Source: Ignavibacteria bacterium
Lineage (GTDB): Bacteria; Bacteroidota; Ignavibacteria; UBA10030
NCBI GenBank assembly: GCA_016873805.1
Contig: VGVZ01000014.1
Span: 8,522 to 72,521, forward strand
Direction of reading: 5' to 3'
Length of the DNA: 64,000 bases
The stretch's first letter is position 1. Every line of letters starts with the position of its first letter. This document shows positions 20,154 to 31,570 of the stretch, piece by piece. The notes beneath the pieces are model-generated. The model was given only the letters and a program-made list of their open reading frames with translations. It had not been told where the DNA came from and searched no databases. A program made the position numbers and the translations under genes.

Positions 20154-20410
20154 AGGGTCAAGCAGATCAGACCGCGGACAATAGTGAAAGAACCGGATAG
20201 TCGCGTATACCAAACACAAATCGCTTTGGACCGATCCTTCTGGTTTACGCCATTGCGCGGTCAGTATGAGCCTCGTCGCCGGCACCATCATCGACCTCCC
20301 GGAGCACGCTGTGTGAGCGGTCGTCGCACTGGTAATTGCTGGCGATCGGTGCAATAATACGGTGGAAGGAGTTTGCCCGTTCACAAGGTGGAGTCATAGA
20401 CTTGAGTCGG

Positions 20411-21085
20411 ATGAAAGATTCCAGCAAGAAGCACGAAGAGATCAGTGTGACCCGCGTACGGACAAGGAAGATCATCAATGAACTTCAAAAGGATTTTCCA
20501 AGTTCAAAAACAGCATTACGATATCGCAATCCTTTAGAACTTCTTATAGCTACAATTCTCTCTGCTCAATGTACGGACACCCGTGTCAACATCGTCACCA
20601 AGGATTTGTTTAAGCAATATAGGAACGCTAACGACTTTGCGCGGACGAAACAGGAGAAACTGGAAGGGGAGATACGATCAACGGGCTTCTATCGGAATAA
20701 AGCCCGGAGCATCATAGGGGCATGCAGGGCAATCGTCGACCAGCACGGCGGCAGTGTGCCGAAGACAATGGAGGAGCTCATCAGACTCCCAGGAGTGGGG
20801 CGGAAGACCGCCAATTGTGTTCTAGGTGGCGCGTTTGGAATTAATGAAGGGGTTGTCGTCGATACGCATGTCCGGCGCCTAAGCCAGCGACTCGGATTGA
20901 CAGCCCATAGTGATCCGGAAGAGATCGAACAAGACCTGATGAGAGTTGTGCCTCGAGAATTGTGGTACGATTTCAGCAATCTGCTGATATGGCACGGAAG
21001 GAACACCTGTACCGCGCGAAGCCCAAAGTGTCAAACATGTTCGCTCGCGTCACATTGTCCTTCTGCAATTATATTGTCGAGATAA
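20411..21085 (+). CDS. nth: Endonuclease III (HhH-GPD DNA glycosylase with 4Fe-4S cluster)
   Basis: HhH-GPD (LPGVGRKTANCVL) and C-terminal CxxxxxxCxxCxxxxxC (CTARSPKCQTCSLASHC). Start at the internal ATG 20411. Confidence 0.85.
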   Translation: MKDSSKKHEEISVTRVRTRKIINELQKDFPSSKTALRYRNPLELLIATILSAQCTDTRVNIVTKDLFKQYRNANDFARTKQEKLEGEIRSTGFYRNKARSIIGACRAIVDQHGGSVPKTMEELIRLPGVGRKTANCVLGGAFGINEGVVVDTHVRRLSQRLGLTAHSDPEEIEQDLMRVVPRELWYDFSNLLIWHGRNTCTARSPKCQTCSLASHCPSAIILSR

Positions 21086-21177
21086 ATCGATTCAATTTCC
21101 TTAGTTCAAAGAACTTAATGCCAATGAAGTAATTGTAGATCTCAGCACTCAGCAAGCGATCATGGACGGAGGAGAAG

Positions 21178-21732
21178 ATGACTTACGCGGACGCGCTCGC
21201 CATCATGCACGAACACACACAAAGCGATGCACTTCGGAAGCACATGTATGCCGTTGAGGCCGCAATGCGAGCATACGCACGAAAATATGGTGAGGACGAA
21301 GAAAAATGGGCAACCGTAGGGATTCTCCACGATTTCGACTACGAGAAGTTTCCTGATGCTCCCGATCATCCGTTGAAGGGATCGGAAATCCTCAAGGAAC
21401 GTGGGTTTTCCGAAGAGATCCGTCACGCCATTCTCGGACACGCGAGCTACACGAATGTCTCGCGGGATACTCTGATGGCGAAAGTGCTCTTTGCGTGTGA
21501 TGAGTTGTGTGGATTCATTTCTGCCGTCTCAGTGATCCGACCGAACAAGGTGATGGACCTTGAGGTCTCCTCGGTGAAAAAGAAGCTCAAGGACAAGGCC
21601 TTTGCCAAGAACGTAAGTAGGGAGGATATCCAGCAGGGGGTGGCGGAATTGGGGGTGTCGCTCGACGAACACATCAAGTTCGTGATTGACGCGATGAAGG
21701 GGAGTGCAGAAAGACTCGGGCTATCGGGATAA
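21178..21732 (+). CDS. HD-domain phosphohydrolase (HDIG-like)
   Basis: H...HD motif (ILHDFD) and downstream His/Asp residues typical of the HD superfamily. Confidence 0.65.
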   Translation: MTYADALAIMHEHTQSDALRKHMYAVEAAMRAYARKYGEDEEKWATVGILHDFDYEKFPDAPDHPLKGSEILKERGFSEEIRHAILGHASYTNVSRDTLMAKVLFACDELCGFISAVSVIRPNKVMDLEVSSVKKKLKDKAFAKNVSREDIQQGVAELGVSLDEHIKFVIDAMKGSAERLGLSG

Positions 21733-21974
21733 GAGTCCCGATTCAGTTAATAACTGCAAGGCGTAAAAAGGGAAACAAGTGACAATGTCATGCTGATCCC
21801 GACGATTTCTGTCGGGAGACGCATCTGATCTCTCGGTGTTCAGATGCTGCGGCTGTCTCGCCGCTTGGGCTTGGCCGCTCTGCCCCGCCCGCGCCACCGT
21901 GAAACAGCAGCCCCGCCCCAAGGTGACTCAGAACGGGGTTGTTCTTTTCCAGACGGGAAAAGCAAATTGAATTC

Positions 21975-23399
<1,425 letters not shown>

Positions 23400-23512
23400 T
23401 CAAATCTAAACGAAATTGTCGCGACAAACAAGGCTCGTTGGTTCTCGGACGATCGTGCACACCAATGTCCCGGCTTGATTTTCAGTCTTCGAACGCCTAT
23501 CTTGACACGCAA

Positions 23513-24970
23513 ATGATCCGCACATCGACTCTCAAGAAGCTCCGTGACATTGTGGGGGGAGAACATTATTTCGACTCTCCCGAACAGAAACTCGTCTACT
23601 CGTACGACGCAACCCCCCTGTACGAACAACTCCCCGAAGCAATCGTCTCTCCGCAGAGCGTCGAGCAGATTTCGAAGATTCTCCAGCTCGCGAATTCTGA
23701 GGCGTTCGCCGTCGTTCCGCGCGGTTCTGGTTCGGGCTTGAGCGGGGGATCAATTCCGGTCGAAGACTGCATCGTCCTCCTCACAAATCACTGGGATCGC
23801 ATTCTTGAAATCGATGAGCGGAATCTTACCGTTACCGTTGAGCCCGGAATCATCACCGGACAACTCCAAACAGAAATGGAGAAGATCGGCTATCTCTATC
23901 CGCCTGATCCCGGCAGTTCTTCGATCTGCACCATCGGCGGAAATGTTGCTGAAAATGCGGGAGGAATCCGGGGACTCAAATACGGCGTCACGAAAGACTA
24001 TGTGATGGGATTCGAATTCGTGCTTCCGAGCGGAGAAGTCATGATGATCGGGGGCAAGAACGTCAAGGACGTCTCGGGATACAATTTGAAGGATCTTCTC
24101 ATCGGATCGGAGGGAACTCTCGGCGTTTTCACAAAGATCGTTCTGCGTCTCATCCCGAAACCCGAACACAGCAGCACTCTGCTGGCGTACTTCGATCGCG
24201 CGTCCGATTCAGCCGAGGCAGTCTCGGCCATTACGGCATCCAAGATTACCGCCGCAGCCCTGGAATTTTTGGACAATACGACAATCCGCTGCGTTGAGGA
24301 TTACGCCCGGATCGGGCTGCCGACAACCATCGAGGCCCTTCTCTTGATTGAACTGGATGGACGCAGGGGAGAGGTCGAACAGGACCTTGTTCAGGTTTCG
24401 GAGATTTGTCGGCGTCATCGCGCTTCGCAACTCCGCATCGCCAAATCTGCGGCTGAGGCAACCCAGCTGCGCACTGCGCGGAAGGCCGCCTTTGCTGCGC
24501 TTGCCCGCGTCAAACCGACGACAATTCTTGAGGACGCGACCGTCCCGCGAAGCGAAGTTGCACCTATGCTCGAGCAAATCAACGCCATAGCGTCGAAGCA
24601 TGATCTCATGTTCGGGAACTTTGGGCACGCGGGCGACGGCAACCTTCATCCTACGTGCCTGACAAACGAACACGATAAGGACGAAATCCATCGCACGGAA
24701 CTCGCTTTTCACGAAATCTATTCGGCCGCGCTCCGATTGGGTGGCACAATCACCGGCGAACATGGAATCGGGCTTTCAAAGCGGAAGTTCCTGGAGCATG
24801 CAGCATCCAGGACACATCTGGAGCTTATGCGATCTGTGAAAGCTATCTTCGATCCGAACATGGTCCTGAATCCCGGCAAAATCTTCACGACCCGTCCGCG
24901 TTGTGAAGGGCCATTACCCATCTCAAAGGAAAAGCTCAACAAATATCTTGAACTCGGCGCGTATTGCTGA
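23513..24970 (+). CDS. glcD: FAD-linked oxidase, glycolate oxidase subunit GlcD-like
   Basis: FAD-binding PCMH domain (VVPRGSGSGLSGG) and a C-terminal FAD-oxidase_C domain. Start at the internal ATG 23513. Confidence 0.8.
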   Translation: MIRTSTLKKLRDIVGGEHYFDSPEQKLVYSYDATPLYEQLPEAIVSPQSVEQISKILQLANSEAFAVVPRGSGSGLSGGSIPVEDCIVLLTNHWDRILEIDERNLTVTVEPGIITGQLQTEMEKIGYLYPPDPGSSSICTIGGNVAENAGGIRGLKYGVTKDYVMGFEFVLPSGEVMMIGGKNVKDVSGYNLKDLLIGSEGTLGVFTKIVLRLIPKPEHSSTLLAYFDRASDSAEAVSAITASKITAAALEFLDNTTIRCVEDYARIGLPTTIEALLLIELDGRRGEVEQDLVQVSEICRRHRASQLRIAKSAAEATQLRTARKAAFAALARVKPTTILEDATVPRSEVAPMLEQINAIASKHDLMFGNFGHAGDGNLHPTCLTNEHDKDEIHRTELAFHEIYSAALRLGGTITGEHGIGLSKRKFLEHAASRTHLELMRSVKAIFDPNMVLNPGKIFTTRPRCEGPLPISKEKLNKYLELGAYC

Positions 24971-24992
24971 TTTTCGTGATGAGAGTTAGTCA

Positions 24993-26342
24993 ATGCTACC
25001 TGCAAATGTTTCTGGAGAGTACTCACGGGTGATCAACATCCAATCCCTCCAAGCTCTCTCTCATCCAACGAACGAGCTCGAGAAGCTCTGCATTCACTGC
25101 GGACTCTGTCTTCCGACTTGTCCGACCTATTGCCTGACCAAATCCGAACGATCTTCGCCTCGCGGCCGGTTGAAGCTGATACGAAACAGCCGGGAGCACG
25201 GTAACTCATACACAAAGGAATTCGTGGCGGAAATGTACTTCTGTCTTGAATGCCTCGCATGTGAGTCCGCTTGTCCGGCAGGAGTCCCATTCGGTTCTTA
25301 TATGGAGAGTGCCCGCGCGGCCATCGCCGAAAAGAAAGTGCTGCCGTTGGTGACGCGTATCCTCAGATCTGCGATGCTGAAGTGGTCTTTCAAAACACGT
25401 CCGCGTCTTGTGTTCATCTCCCGAGTGCTAAGATTCGTTGCCACCAGCAGTAAGATCAAAGTATTTGAACCTTTTCGCCGGGCAGCTTCCAAGTTGGGAC
25501 TTCCCATTCGCTTGGTCGGACTCATTCCCGATGGTCGGATTGAAAGCGTATCGTCGATGAGGCAAATCCAGCCTGCCACTTCAACAGGTTCAAAGAAGCT
25601 TCGCGTTGGGTTCGTGACCGGTTGCGTCATGGACATATCGTATAGCGAAGTAAACGTTGACACTGTTGAGCTGCTCCGTCGATTCGGTTGCGAGGTGATT
25701 ACTCCCGAGAACCAATGGTGTTGCGGCTCGGTACATGCGCACCAAGGCGAAATGGTTTACGCGCGCGATATGGCAGCAGATCTCATGGAGAAGTTTGAAG
25801 TCGATAAACTTGATGTGCTAGTTGCAAACGCTGCCGGATGTTCCGGATTTTTAAAGAAATATGCTGCTCTATTTCAACAAAATGATCCATCCAGAGACAA
25901 GGCAATGGCATTTGCGGGGAAGGTGCTCGACGTGGTCGAGTTGCTCGATGCGCTCACGCGCGAGCGATATGATCTTTCACTCACGATTGAATATCAAAAC
26001 AAGCGCGTGACGTTTGACGATCCGTGTCATTTGATTCACGCCCAAAAAGTGCGACATGCTCCGAGGAATGTTCTTCGTTCGATTCAGAAGCTTGATTTTG
26101 TCGAACTCCCCGAATCTGATTGGTGTTGCGGCAGCGCGGGAATCTACAACATCACACACCATGCGGAATCCATGCAGCTCCTTGACAGAAAGATTCGGCA
26201 CATTCAGTCGATCGGTGCCGATATCGTGATCACGTCCAATCCAGGCTGCATGATTCAGCTCAAGCATGGACTGGCTGAACACGGATTGCGAACTGACGTG
26301 CTCCACATTGTGACCTACTTGCGGAGGGCTCTTGCGGCATAA
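24993..26342 (+). CDS. glcF: (Fe-S)-binding oxidoreductase, glycolate oxidase subunit GlcF-like
   Basis: Two ferredoxin-like CxxCxxCxxxCP motifs plus two CCG domains (WCCGS). Confidence 0.8.
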   Translation: MLPANVSGEYSRVINIQSLQALSHPTNELEKLCIHCGLCLPTCPTYCLTKSERSSPRGRLKLIRNSREHGNSYTKEFVAEMYFCLECLACESACPAGVPFGSYMESARAAIAEKKVLPLVTRILRSAMLKWSFKTRPRLVFISRVLRFVATSSKIKVFEPFRRAASKLGLPIRLVGLIPDGRIESVSSMRQIQPATSTGSKKLRVGFVTGCVMDISYSEVNVDTVELLRRFGCEVITPENQWCCGSVHAHQGEMVYARDMAADLMEKFEVDKLDVLVANAAGCSGFLKKYAALFQQNDPSRDKAMAFAGKVLDVVELLDALTRERYDLSLTIEYQNKRVTFDDPCHLIHAQKVRHAPRNVLRSIQKLDFVELPESDWCCGSAGIYNITHHAESMQLLDRKIRHIQSIGADIVITSNPGCMIQLKHGLAEHGLRTDVLHIVTYLRRALAA

Positions 26343-26865
26343 AAGGCTTCGTGTGTATCTCTCAGGCGGTATGGAATATGCAAAGGGAGAGGGAATAGAA
26401 TGGCGCGCCGAACTCGGAGAATGGCTCACCAGACAACTGCGCCATAGAGTGTTCAATCCGAACGCGGAAAGCGTCAAGTATTTTCGACGGAAGTCTCATA
26501 CGGTTGACTTCAGGCAATTGAAATTTCAGAACTTAGACCTTTTTTCGAAAGTCGTTCGCGGGATTGTTGATTTCGATTCTCGGGAAATCGCTCATCGATC
26601 GGACTACGTCATATGTCTTTGGGATCGGAGCGCCCAACGTGGCGCCGGCACCAAAGGAGAACTCACCATCGCACGGTTCTTCCGGAAGCCCGTCTACGTC
26701 GTGACACGGACAAAGCATGAAAACATCCCCGGATGGATTTTGGGATGCAGCACGAGGTTTTTCACGTCATTTGATGAGCTTAAGTCATTTTTGCTCGAAA
26801 GATATGGACACTCCCAACCGCTGAAGGACAACCTGAAAGGACGAAAACCATGGAAAGCAAGATGA
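26332..26865 (+). CDS. Nucleoside 2-deoxyribosyltransferase-like protein
   Basis: VYLSGGM N-terminal motif and SDYVICLWDRSAQRGAGTKGELTIARFFRKPV, resembling the NDT/Rcl family YLAGP...DSGTAFEIG catalytic-Glu motif. Confidence 0.5.
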   Translation: MRHKRLRVYLSGGMEYAKGEGIEWRAELGEWLTRQLRHRVFNPNAESVKYFRRKSHTVDFRQLKFQNLDLFSKVVRGIVDFDSREIAHRSDYVICLWDRSAQRGAGTKGELTIARFFRKPVYVVTRTKHENIPGWILGCSTRFFTSFDELKSFLLERYGHSQPLKDNLKGRKPWKAR

Positions 26866-27929
26866 AGAGGCGAGAGTTTCTCCGCTCTACGGCCATCGCA
26901 GGAATGGGAGCAGGCCTCTCAGGCGCGCTGCCACACGAACTTCTGGGTCAGCTCAAACCGACCTCCATCTTCAAACCTGTTTGCATCGCAAGTTCCAATG
27001 GTCTTCAAGCAACGGCAAAGGCCATGCAAATGATTCTTTCCGGCGCAGATGCCCTCGACGCAGTCATCGCAGGTGTCAATCTCGTCGAGGATGACCCCAA
27101 CGACAATTCGGTCGGATATGGCGGCCTTCCGAATGAAGATGGAGACGTCGAACTCGACGCTTCGGTCATGCATGGACCTACGGGTCGTGGAGGCGCGGTT
27201 GCCTCACTCCGAAATATCAAGAATCCATCAAGAGTTGCGCGACTCGTCATGGAGCGCACCGATCATGTGCTGCTCGTCGGAGCAGGGGCGCTTCGCTTTG
27301 CAAAAGCCCACGGGTTCAAGGAGGAGAATCTGCTCACCGATGAATCACGGCGCGAATGGCTGAAGTGGAAAGAGAATCTCAGTACCGACGATGACTGGCT
27401 TCCTCCACACAACATTGAGACACTCGATATCGGAGAGGGGATCAAGTCGGCTGTGCGGAACACGGGGACAATCAATTGCTGCGCGATTGACCAGCGAGGG
27501 AACATCTCTGGATGCACGACTACAAGCGGATTGGCGTTCAAGATTCCCGGACGAGTCGGCGATTCTCCTATCCTTGGTGCGGGACTCTACGTCGACAATG
27601 ACGTCGGCGCTGCGGGATCAACCGGCAGAGGAGAGGCGAATCTCCTCTCGTGCAGCAGCGTGATGATCGTCGAATACATGCGGCAGGGGAAATCTCCCGA
27701 ACAGGCCTGTCTGATGGCATGCCAGCGAATTGCTGCACAAACCAAGATGAAACGCCTTCTCGACGACAAGGGGCGGCCAACATTCAACGTGAATTTCTAC
27801 GCCGTCAACAACCGGGGCGAACATGGCGGAGCGGCAATTTGGAGCGGACCGCGATACGCCGTGAACGGGGGAGAGGCACAGAGCCGACTTCTTGAATGCG
27901 CATATCTCTACAAACGAGAGCGTCGGTAG
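26850..27929 (+). CDS. Ntn-hydrolase asparaginase-2 family (glycosylasparaginase / isoaspartyl peptidase) with Tat signal
   Basis: RREFLRSTAIAGMGAGL twin-arginine signal. Autoprocessing Thr region (GCTTTSG) and GAGLYVDN...GSTGRGE. Confidence 0.8.
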   Translation: MESKMKRREFLRSTAIAGMGAGLSGALPHELLGQLKPTSIFKPVCIASSNGLQATAKAMQMILSGADALDAVIAGVNLVEDDPNDNSVGYGGLPNEDGDVELDASVMHGPTGRGGAVASLRNIKNPSRVARLVMERTDHVLLVGAGALRFAKAHGFKEENLLTDESRREWLKWKENLSTDDDWLPPHNIETLDIGEGIKSAVRNTGTINCCAIDQRGNISGCTTTSGLAFKIPGRVGDSPILGAGLYVDNDVGAAGSTGRGEANLLSCSSVMIVEYMRQGKSPEQACLMACQRIAAQTKMKRLLDDKGRPTFNVNFYAVNNRGEHGGAAIWSGPRYAVNGGEAQSRLLECAYLYKRERR

Positions 27930-27938
27930 TTCGATCCC

Positions 27939-29171
27939 ATGCCCTGGATTGTTTCGGTTACGCTTACGATTGCACTGCCGCTGGTTGCCGTTTATGCCTA
28001 TCTCGGCCGAAAATTCTATTTCGCCCTGACACATCTCAGGAGGATGAAACGGCGGAGAGCGGCGAGACTGATCGTCGCTGTTATCCTTTCCCTGAATCTC
28101 TTTCCAATTCTGCTGCTTGCAAGTTATGTGTTGATCGGACGATCGGCCTCTGTTCTCTATTCGGGTGAACGGTTGATTCTCGATCTCTGTTTTGTCTATC
28201 CGTTTTGGTTTTCGCTCGTCATCGCTACCGAACTCAGTATCATCCTTCTCTTCAGCGACATCGCTAAATTGGTGTTGCTCCCTCTCTATCGTATCTATCG
28301 TGCGACGTGGCGCAGATTAGAGGCCACGGGAATCTTTCTTGCCGGTCTGCTTGTTTCAATCTACTGCATAGTCGTGATCTCGCTCAACACCTGGTCAATC
28401 CGGGTGACCAGACACGAGATACCCTTGCCGGAATCAGCCCGTGCTCTCCATGGACTGCGAATCGCCCTGATCGCTGATGTACAGGGGGATTGGCGAACAA
28501 CGCCGGACCGCATCAGGTCTTTTGTCAAAATAATCAACGAAGAGAGGGCCGACATGGTCCTCTTCGCAGGAGATCTGATTTCCTCCGGTACAAGGCACAT
28601 CGCCTCGACCGCAGGAATTCTCAGGTCGATTCACGCTCCGCTCGGAACAATCGCAGCTGTTGGGGATCACGACATTTTTTCGGGCAAACAACTTGTCTGG
28701 GAGCGACTGACGGAAGCAGGGTTTCATCTGGTCGAGGACTCCACGATTTCGATGACATTGAGGGAAATCGATGTTTCGTTGACTGTTCTGACACATACGT
28801 ATCGCCAGAAAACCACGCCCGCCCGGCTCCAGGCGATTCGTGACCAGCTTGACGGAAGCTACAAAATCCTCCTGGTGCATCAGCCCGCGAACCCGGTGCT
28901 TGAGTATGCCGCTGAGGCGGGGTACGATCTCCTCGTGGCCGGACATACGCACGGGGGTGGAATTGCGGTCGGCATTCCAGGTATTAAGCTGCTGGCACCC
29001 GCTCATTTTGAATCCCGATTTGTTTCCGGTATGCATCATTGGAACAATATGCACGTCGTCGTGACAAACGGTCTCGGATTTACACTCGCTCCGATTCGAT
29101 TCCACGCCCCCGCCGAGATAACGCTTCTGGAGTTGAAAAGGCCGATGGATACGGATGGTTCGCCGATCTGA
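27939..29171 (+). CDS. Membrane-anchored calcineurin-like metallophosphoesterase
   Basis: N-terminal TM helices; metallophosphatase motifs (DVQGD, GDLISSG, GHTHGGG). Confidence 0.75.
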   Translation: MPWIVSVTLTIALPLVAVYAYLGRKFYFALTHLRRMKRRRAARLIVAVILSLNLFPILLLASYVLIGRSASVLYSGERLILDLCFVYPFWFSLVIATELSIILLFSDIAKLVLLPLYRIYRATWRRLEATGIFLAGLLVSIYCIVVISLNTWSIRVTRHEIPLPESARALHGLRIALIADVQGDWRTTPDRIRSFVKIINEERADMVLFAGDLISSGTRHIASTAGILRSIHAPLGTIAAVGDHDIFSGKQLVWERLTEAGFHLVEDSTISMTLREIDVSLTVLTHTYRQKTTPARLQAIRDQLDGSYKILLVHQPANPVLEYAAEAGYDLLVAGHTHGGGIAVGIPGIKLLAPAHFESRFVSGMHHWNNMHVVVTNGLGFTLAPIRFHAPAEITLLELKRPMDTDGSPI

Positions 29172-29187
29172 CACTATTGCTTTCATC

Positions 29188-30153
29188 ATGTCTCTGGATA
29201 TCAAAAACATTTGCGACAGCATGACTGCACCGCATTTGCTGGACGTTTCCCATCGGGCGTTGCTGCGTATGCAAGGCCTCGAATCACTCGATCTTCTGCA
29301 CAGAATATCGACAAACGATCTTGCCGACCTACTTGTAGGCGGAGTCAGACACTCCATCCTGACAAACGAAAAGGGGAGAGTCATCGACAAGATCGCGGCA
29401 TTGCGGGTGGCGGAAGATCAGCTTCTGGTCTCCTGCAGTTCCAGTGATTACGCGCGCATCCAGAATTGGATGGAGAAGTTCATCATCATGGAAGAGATAC
29501 GTGTCGAAAATGCTTCAAGCGACTTCATGCATTTGCTCTTCTTCGATTCCGGTAACCAAGGAATCATCGGGTCGCGATCAGATCCATTGGGATCGTCTGA
29601 CGATAAGGAATTGATTCACCTGGAATCGGATTCGATTCCTGATGCAATTACCTGGCGGGAAAGGATCGGTCAGACCTCAGTAATTCATCTCCTGACGAAA
29701 GGAGTCACGCCAGGAATCGTTCTGCAAGAACTGGCGGCCGCGGGAATATTCGGAGCACAAACGCAAGACTTCGAGAACTTCCGCATTCGTCACGGCATCC
29801 CGGCACATCCGAACGAGCTCTCTGATAAGTACAATCCCCTGGAACTTGGCATGATGGATTACATTAGTTTTACAAAAGGATGCTATATTGGTCAGGAGGT
29901 CATCGCGCGTCTCGATTCTTATCTCAAAGTGCAGAAACGACTCGTTCGTCTCGGGATGAGTCGACAGCCGTCGGCCCTTCCCGCATCAGTCAAACATGAG
30001 GGGAATCATGTCGGTATGTTGACAAGCGTCGCGGAGACGGAGGACGGAATCACCGGTCTGGGGATTTTGCGCACTCAGTCCCTGGATCAACACGTATCGC
30101 TATATTTCGAATTGGAGGATGGACCAGTTGAAGTCAACGTCATCAAGAGCTAA
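29188..30153 (+). CDS. Folate-binding YgfZ / GcvT-like aminomethyltransferase family protein
   Basis: GcvT-like N-terminal region and the YgfZ-like motif KGCYIGQE. Confidence 0.7.
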   Translation: MSLDIKNICDSMTAPHLLDVSHRALLRMQGLESLDLLHRISTNDLADLLVGGVRHSILTNEKGRVIDKIAALRVAEDQLLVSCSSSDYARIQNWMEKFIIMEEIRVENASSDFMHLLFFDSGNQGIIGSRSDPLGSSDDKELIHLESDSIPDAITWRERIGQTSVIHLLTKGVTPGIVLQELAAAGIFGAQTQDFENFRIRHGIPAHPNELSDKYNPLELGMMDYISFTKGCYIGQEVIARLDSYLKVQKRLVRLGMSRQPSALPASVKHEGNHVGMLTSVAETEDGITGLGILRTQSLDQHVSLYFELEDGPVEVNVIKS

Positions 30154-31021
30154 GATCTCCCACAACAGACCCAAGGAACAGAAGAATCCGCTGAAGGCCT
30201 ATAAGAACGTCGAGTTCCTCAGCAGTCCCGACGCCCGCGTGATTCGAATGGTGGCGGAGTTTGTTGAGCCCCTGAGTCGTTTCCGCCATCAGGGCATCAA
30301 GGATACCATTGTGTTCTTCGGCTCGGCACGCACCAAGTCTTCCCGCAGCGCGCGAAAGAATCTGCAGACGCTCAGACAGCAGGCTGCGCGGGCAAAGACG
30401 ATCCCACCTGCGCTGGCAAGAAAGATTCGACACGCGGAGACCGATCTGCTGATGTCGCAATACTACGAAGATGCAAGCGAACTTGCCTCACTCTTGACAA
30501 AATGGTCGATGCGCCTGCACGCCGCCAACCGGTTTGTTGTCTGTTCAGGCGGGGGGCCGGGCATCATGGAGGCAGCGAATAGGGGAGCGAAGCGGGTCAG
30601 TGGCAAATCCGTTGGTCTCAACATCAGCTTGCCTTTTGAACAGGCCCCCAATCCGTACATCACGGACAAGCTCAATTTTGAGTTCCACTACTTCTTCATG
30701 AGAAAGTTCTGGTTTGTCTATCTCGCAAAGGCGCTCGTTATGTTCCCGGGAGGATTCGGAACACTCGACGAGCTCATGGAGGTCCTGACGCTCCTGCAGA
30801 CCGGGAAGATCAAGAAGAAGATGACTGTGGTCTTATACGGAGAAAGCTATTGGCGGCGAATCATCAACTTTTCGGAAATGGTGCGCCTGCGCGTCATCAG
30901 CGACTCGGATCTCAAGCTCTTTCGTTTCGCCAATTCACCGAAAGAAGCATACGATTATCTGGTCAAGGAACTTACGAAGAACTACCCGCACGAGACCACG
31001 ATGCTCGAGATCGGCACTTAG
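30119..31021 (+). CDS. LOG-family (TIGR00730) cytokinin riboside 5'-monophosphate phosphoribohydrolase-like protein, N-terminally extended
   Basis: GGGPGIMEAANRGA and PGGFGTLDEL LOG signatures. Confidence 0.8.
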   Translation: MDQLKSTSSRAKISHNRPKEQKNPLKAYKNVEFLSSPDARVIRMVAEFVEPLSRFRHQGIKDTIVFFGSARTKSSRSARKNLQTLRQQAARAKTIPPALARKIRHAETDLLMSQYYEDASELASLLTKWSMRLHAANRFVVCSGGGPGIMEAANRGAKRVSGKSVGLNISLPFEQAPNPYITDKLNFEFHYFFMRKFWFVYLAKALVMFPGGFGTLDELMEVLTLLQTGKIKKKMTVVLYGESYWRRIINFSEMVRLRVISDSDLKLFRFANSPKEAYDYLVKELTKNYPHETTMLEIGT

Positions 31022-31139
31022 GAGGCCGCTGGGCGATTTGACTCATCGTCCGTACGCTCGTCTGATGGGCCGATTGTTTGCGGATCAATCCGAGAATCGC
31101 TATCTTTGTTGTGGCGCAAGAGCTTCACCACGTATTGAA

Positions 31140-31499
31140 GGGGGTGACACGGCTTCGACGGGGATGAGGAAGCTCAGAACTGCATACCGTGGTCTCCGGG
31201 TCCACGTTAAACAATCGGTAAACCCTTAAGTGCCGACTACAACTACGCACTGGCTGCTTAATTAACTTAAGCAACCCGTTCTCTCGATCTCTCGCCCGTT
31301 GGGGATCTTGAGAACGTCGCTCAGATGGGCTAGTTCTCCATTGTTCTCAGGGATGGAGGACGAATCCGCCGCAAGCGGAACACCCTGAGATAGTGTGCGG
31401 TCAATCCAGCGTGCCGGAGTTTCCGCACATGAACCCAAAGGGCTCGCTACGTATGGAGACGTTCTGAGGGTCTTCTCTTCGGACCGGGGTTCGACTCCC
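31140..31499 (+). ncRNA. ssrA: tmRNA (SsrA); tag reading frame 31232-31261 encodes ADYNYALAA*
   Basis: 5' GGGGGTGACACGGCTTCGACGGGG (tRNA-like domain, G3 pairs with U giving the Ala identity pair). Tag ORF GCCGACTACAACTACGCACTGGCTGCTTAA. 3' T-arm GGACCGGGGTTCGACTCCCCG plus acceptor CACCTCC-A. Followed by a hairpin terminator. Confidence 0.8.
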
Positions 31500-31503
31500 C
31501 GCA

Positions 31504-31536
31504 CCTCCACTGCAAGCCCTCATCAGACCGATGAGG
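31504..31536 (+). terminator. Intrinsic terminator after ssrA
   Basis: AGCCCTCATC-agaccg-GATGAGGGCT followed by TTTT. Confidence 0.7.
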
Positions 31537-31570
31537 GCTTTTCGCGGATACATCGCCTCTCCTCACGTTC

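Noticed and set aside
28434-29390. 318-aa minus-strand ORF
   Set aside because: It is antisense to the metallophosphoesterase and YgfZ-like genes and has Arg/Ser-rich low-complexity composition typical of GC-rich antisense frames.
31038-31229. 63-aa ORF in the supplied track
   Set aside because: It lies entirely within or over the tmRNA (ssrA) gene and has no protein-like composition.
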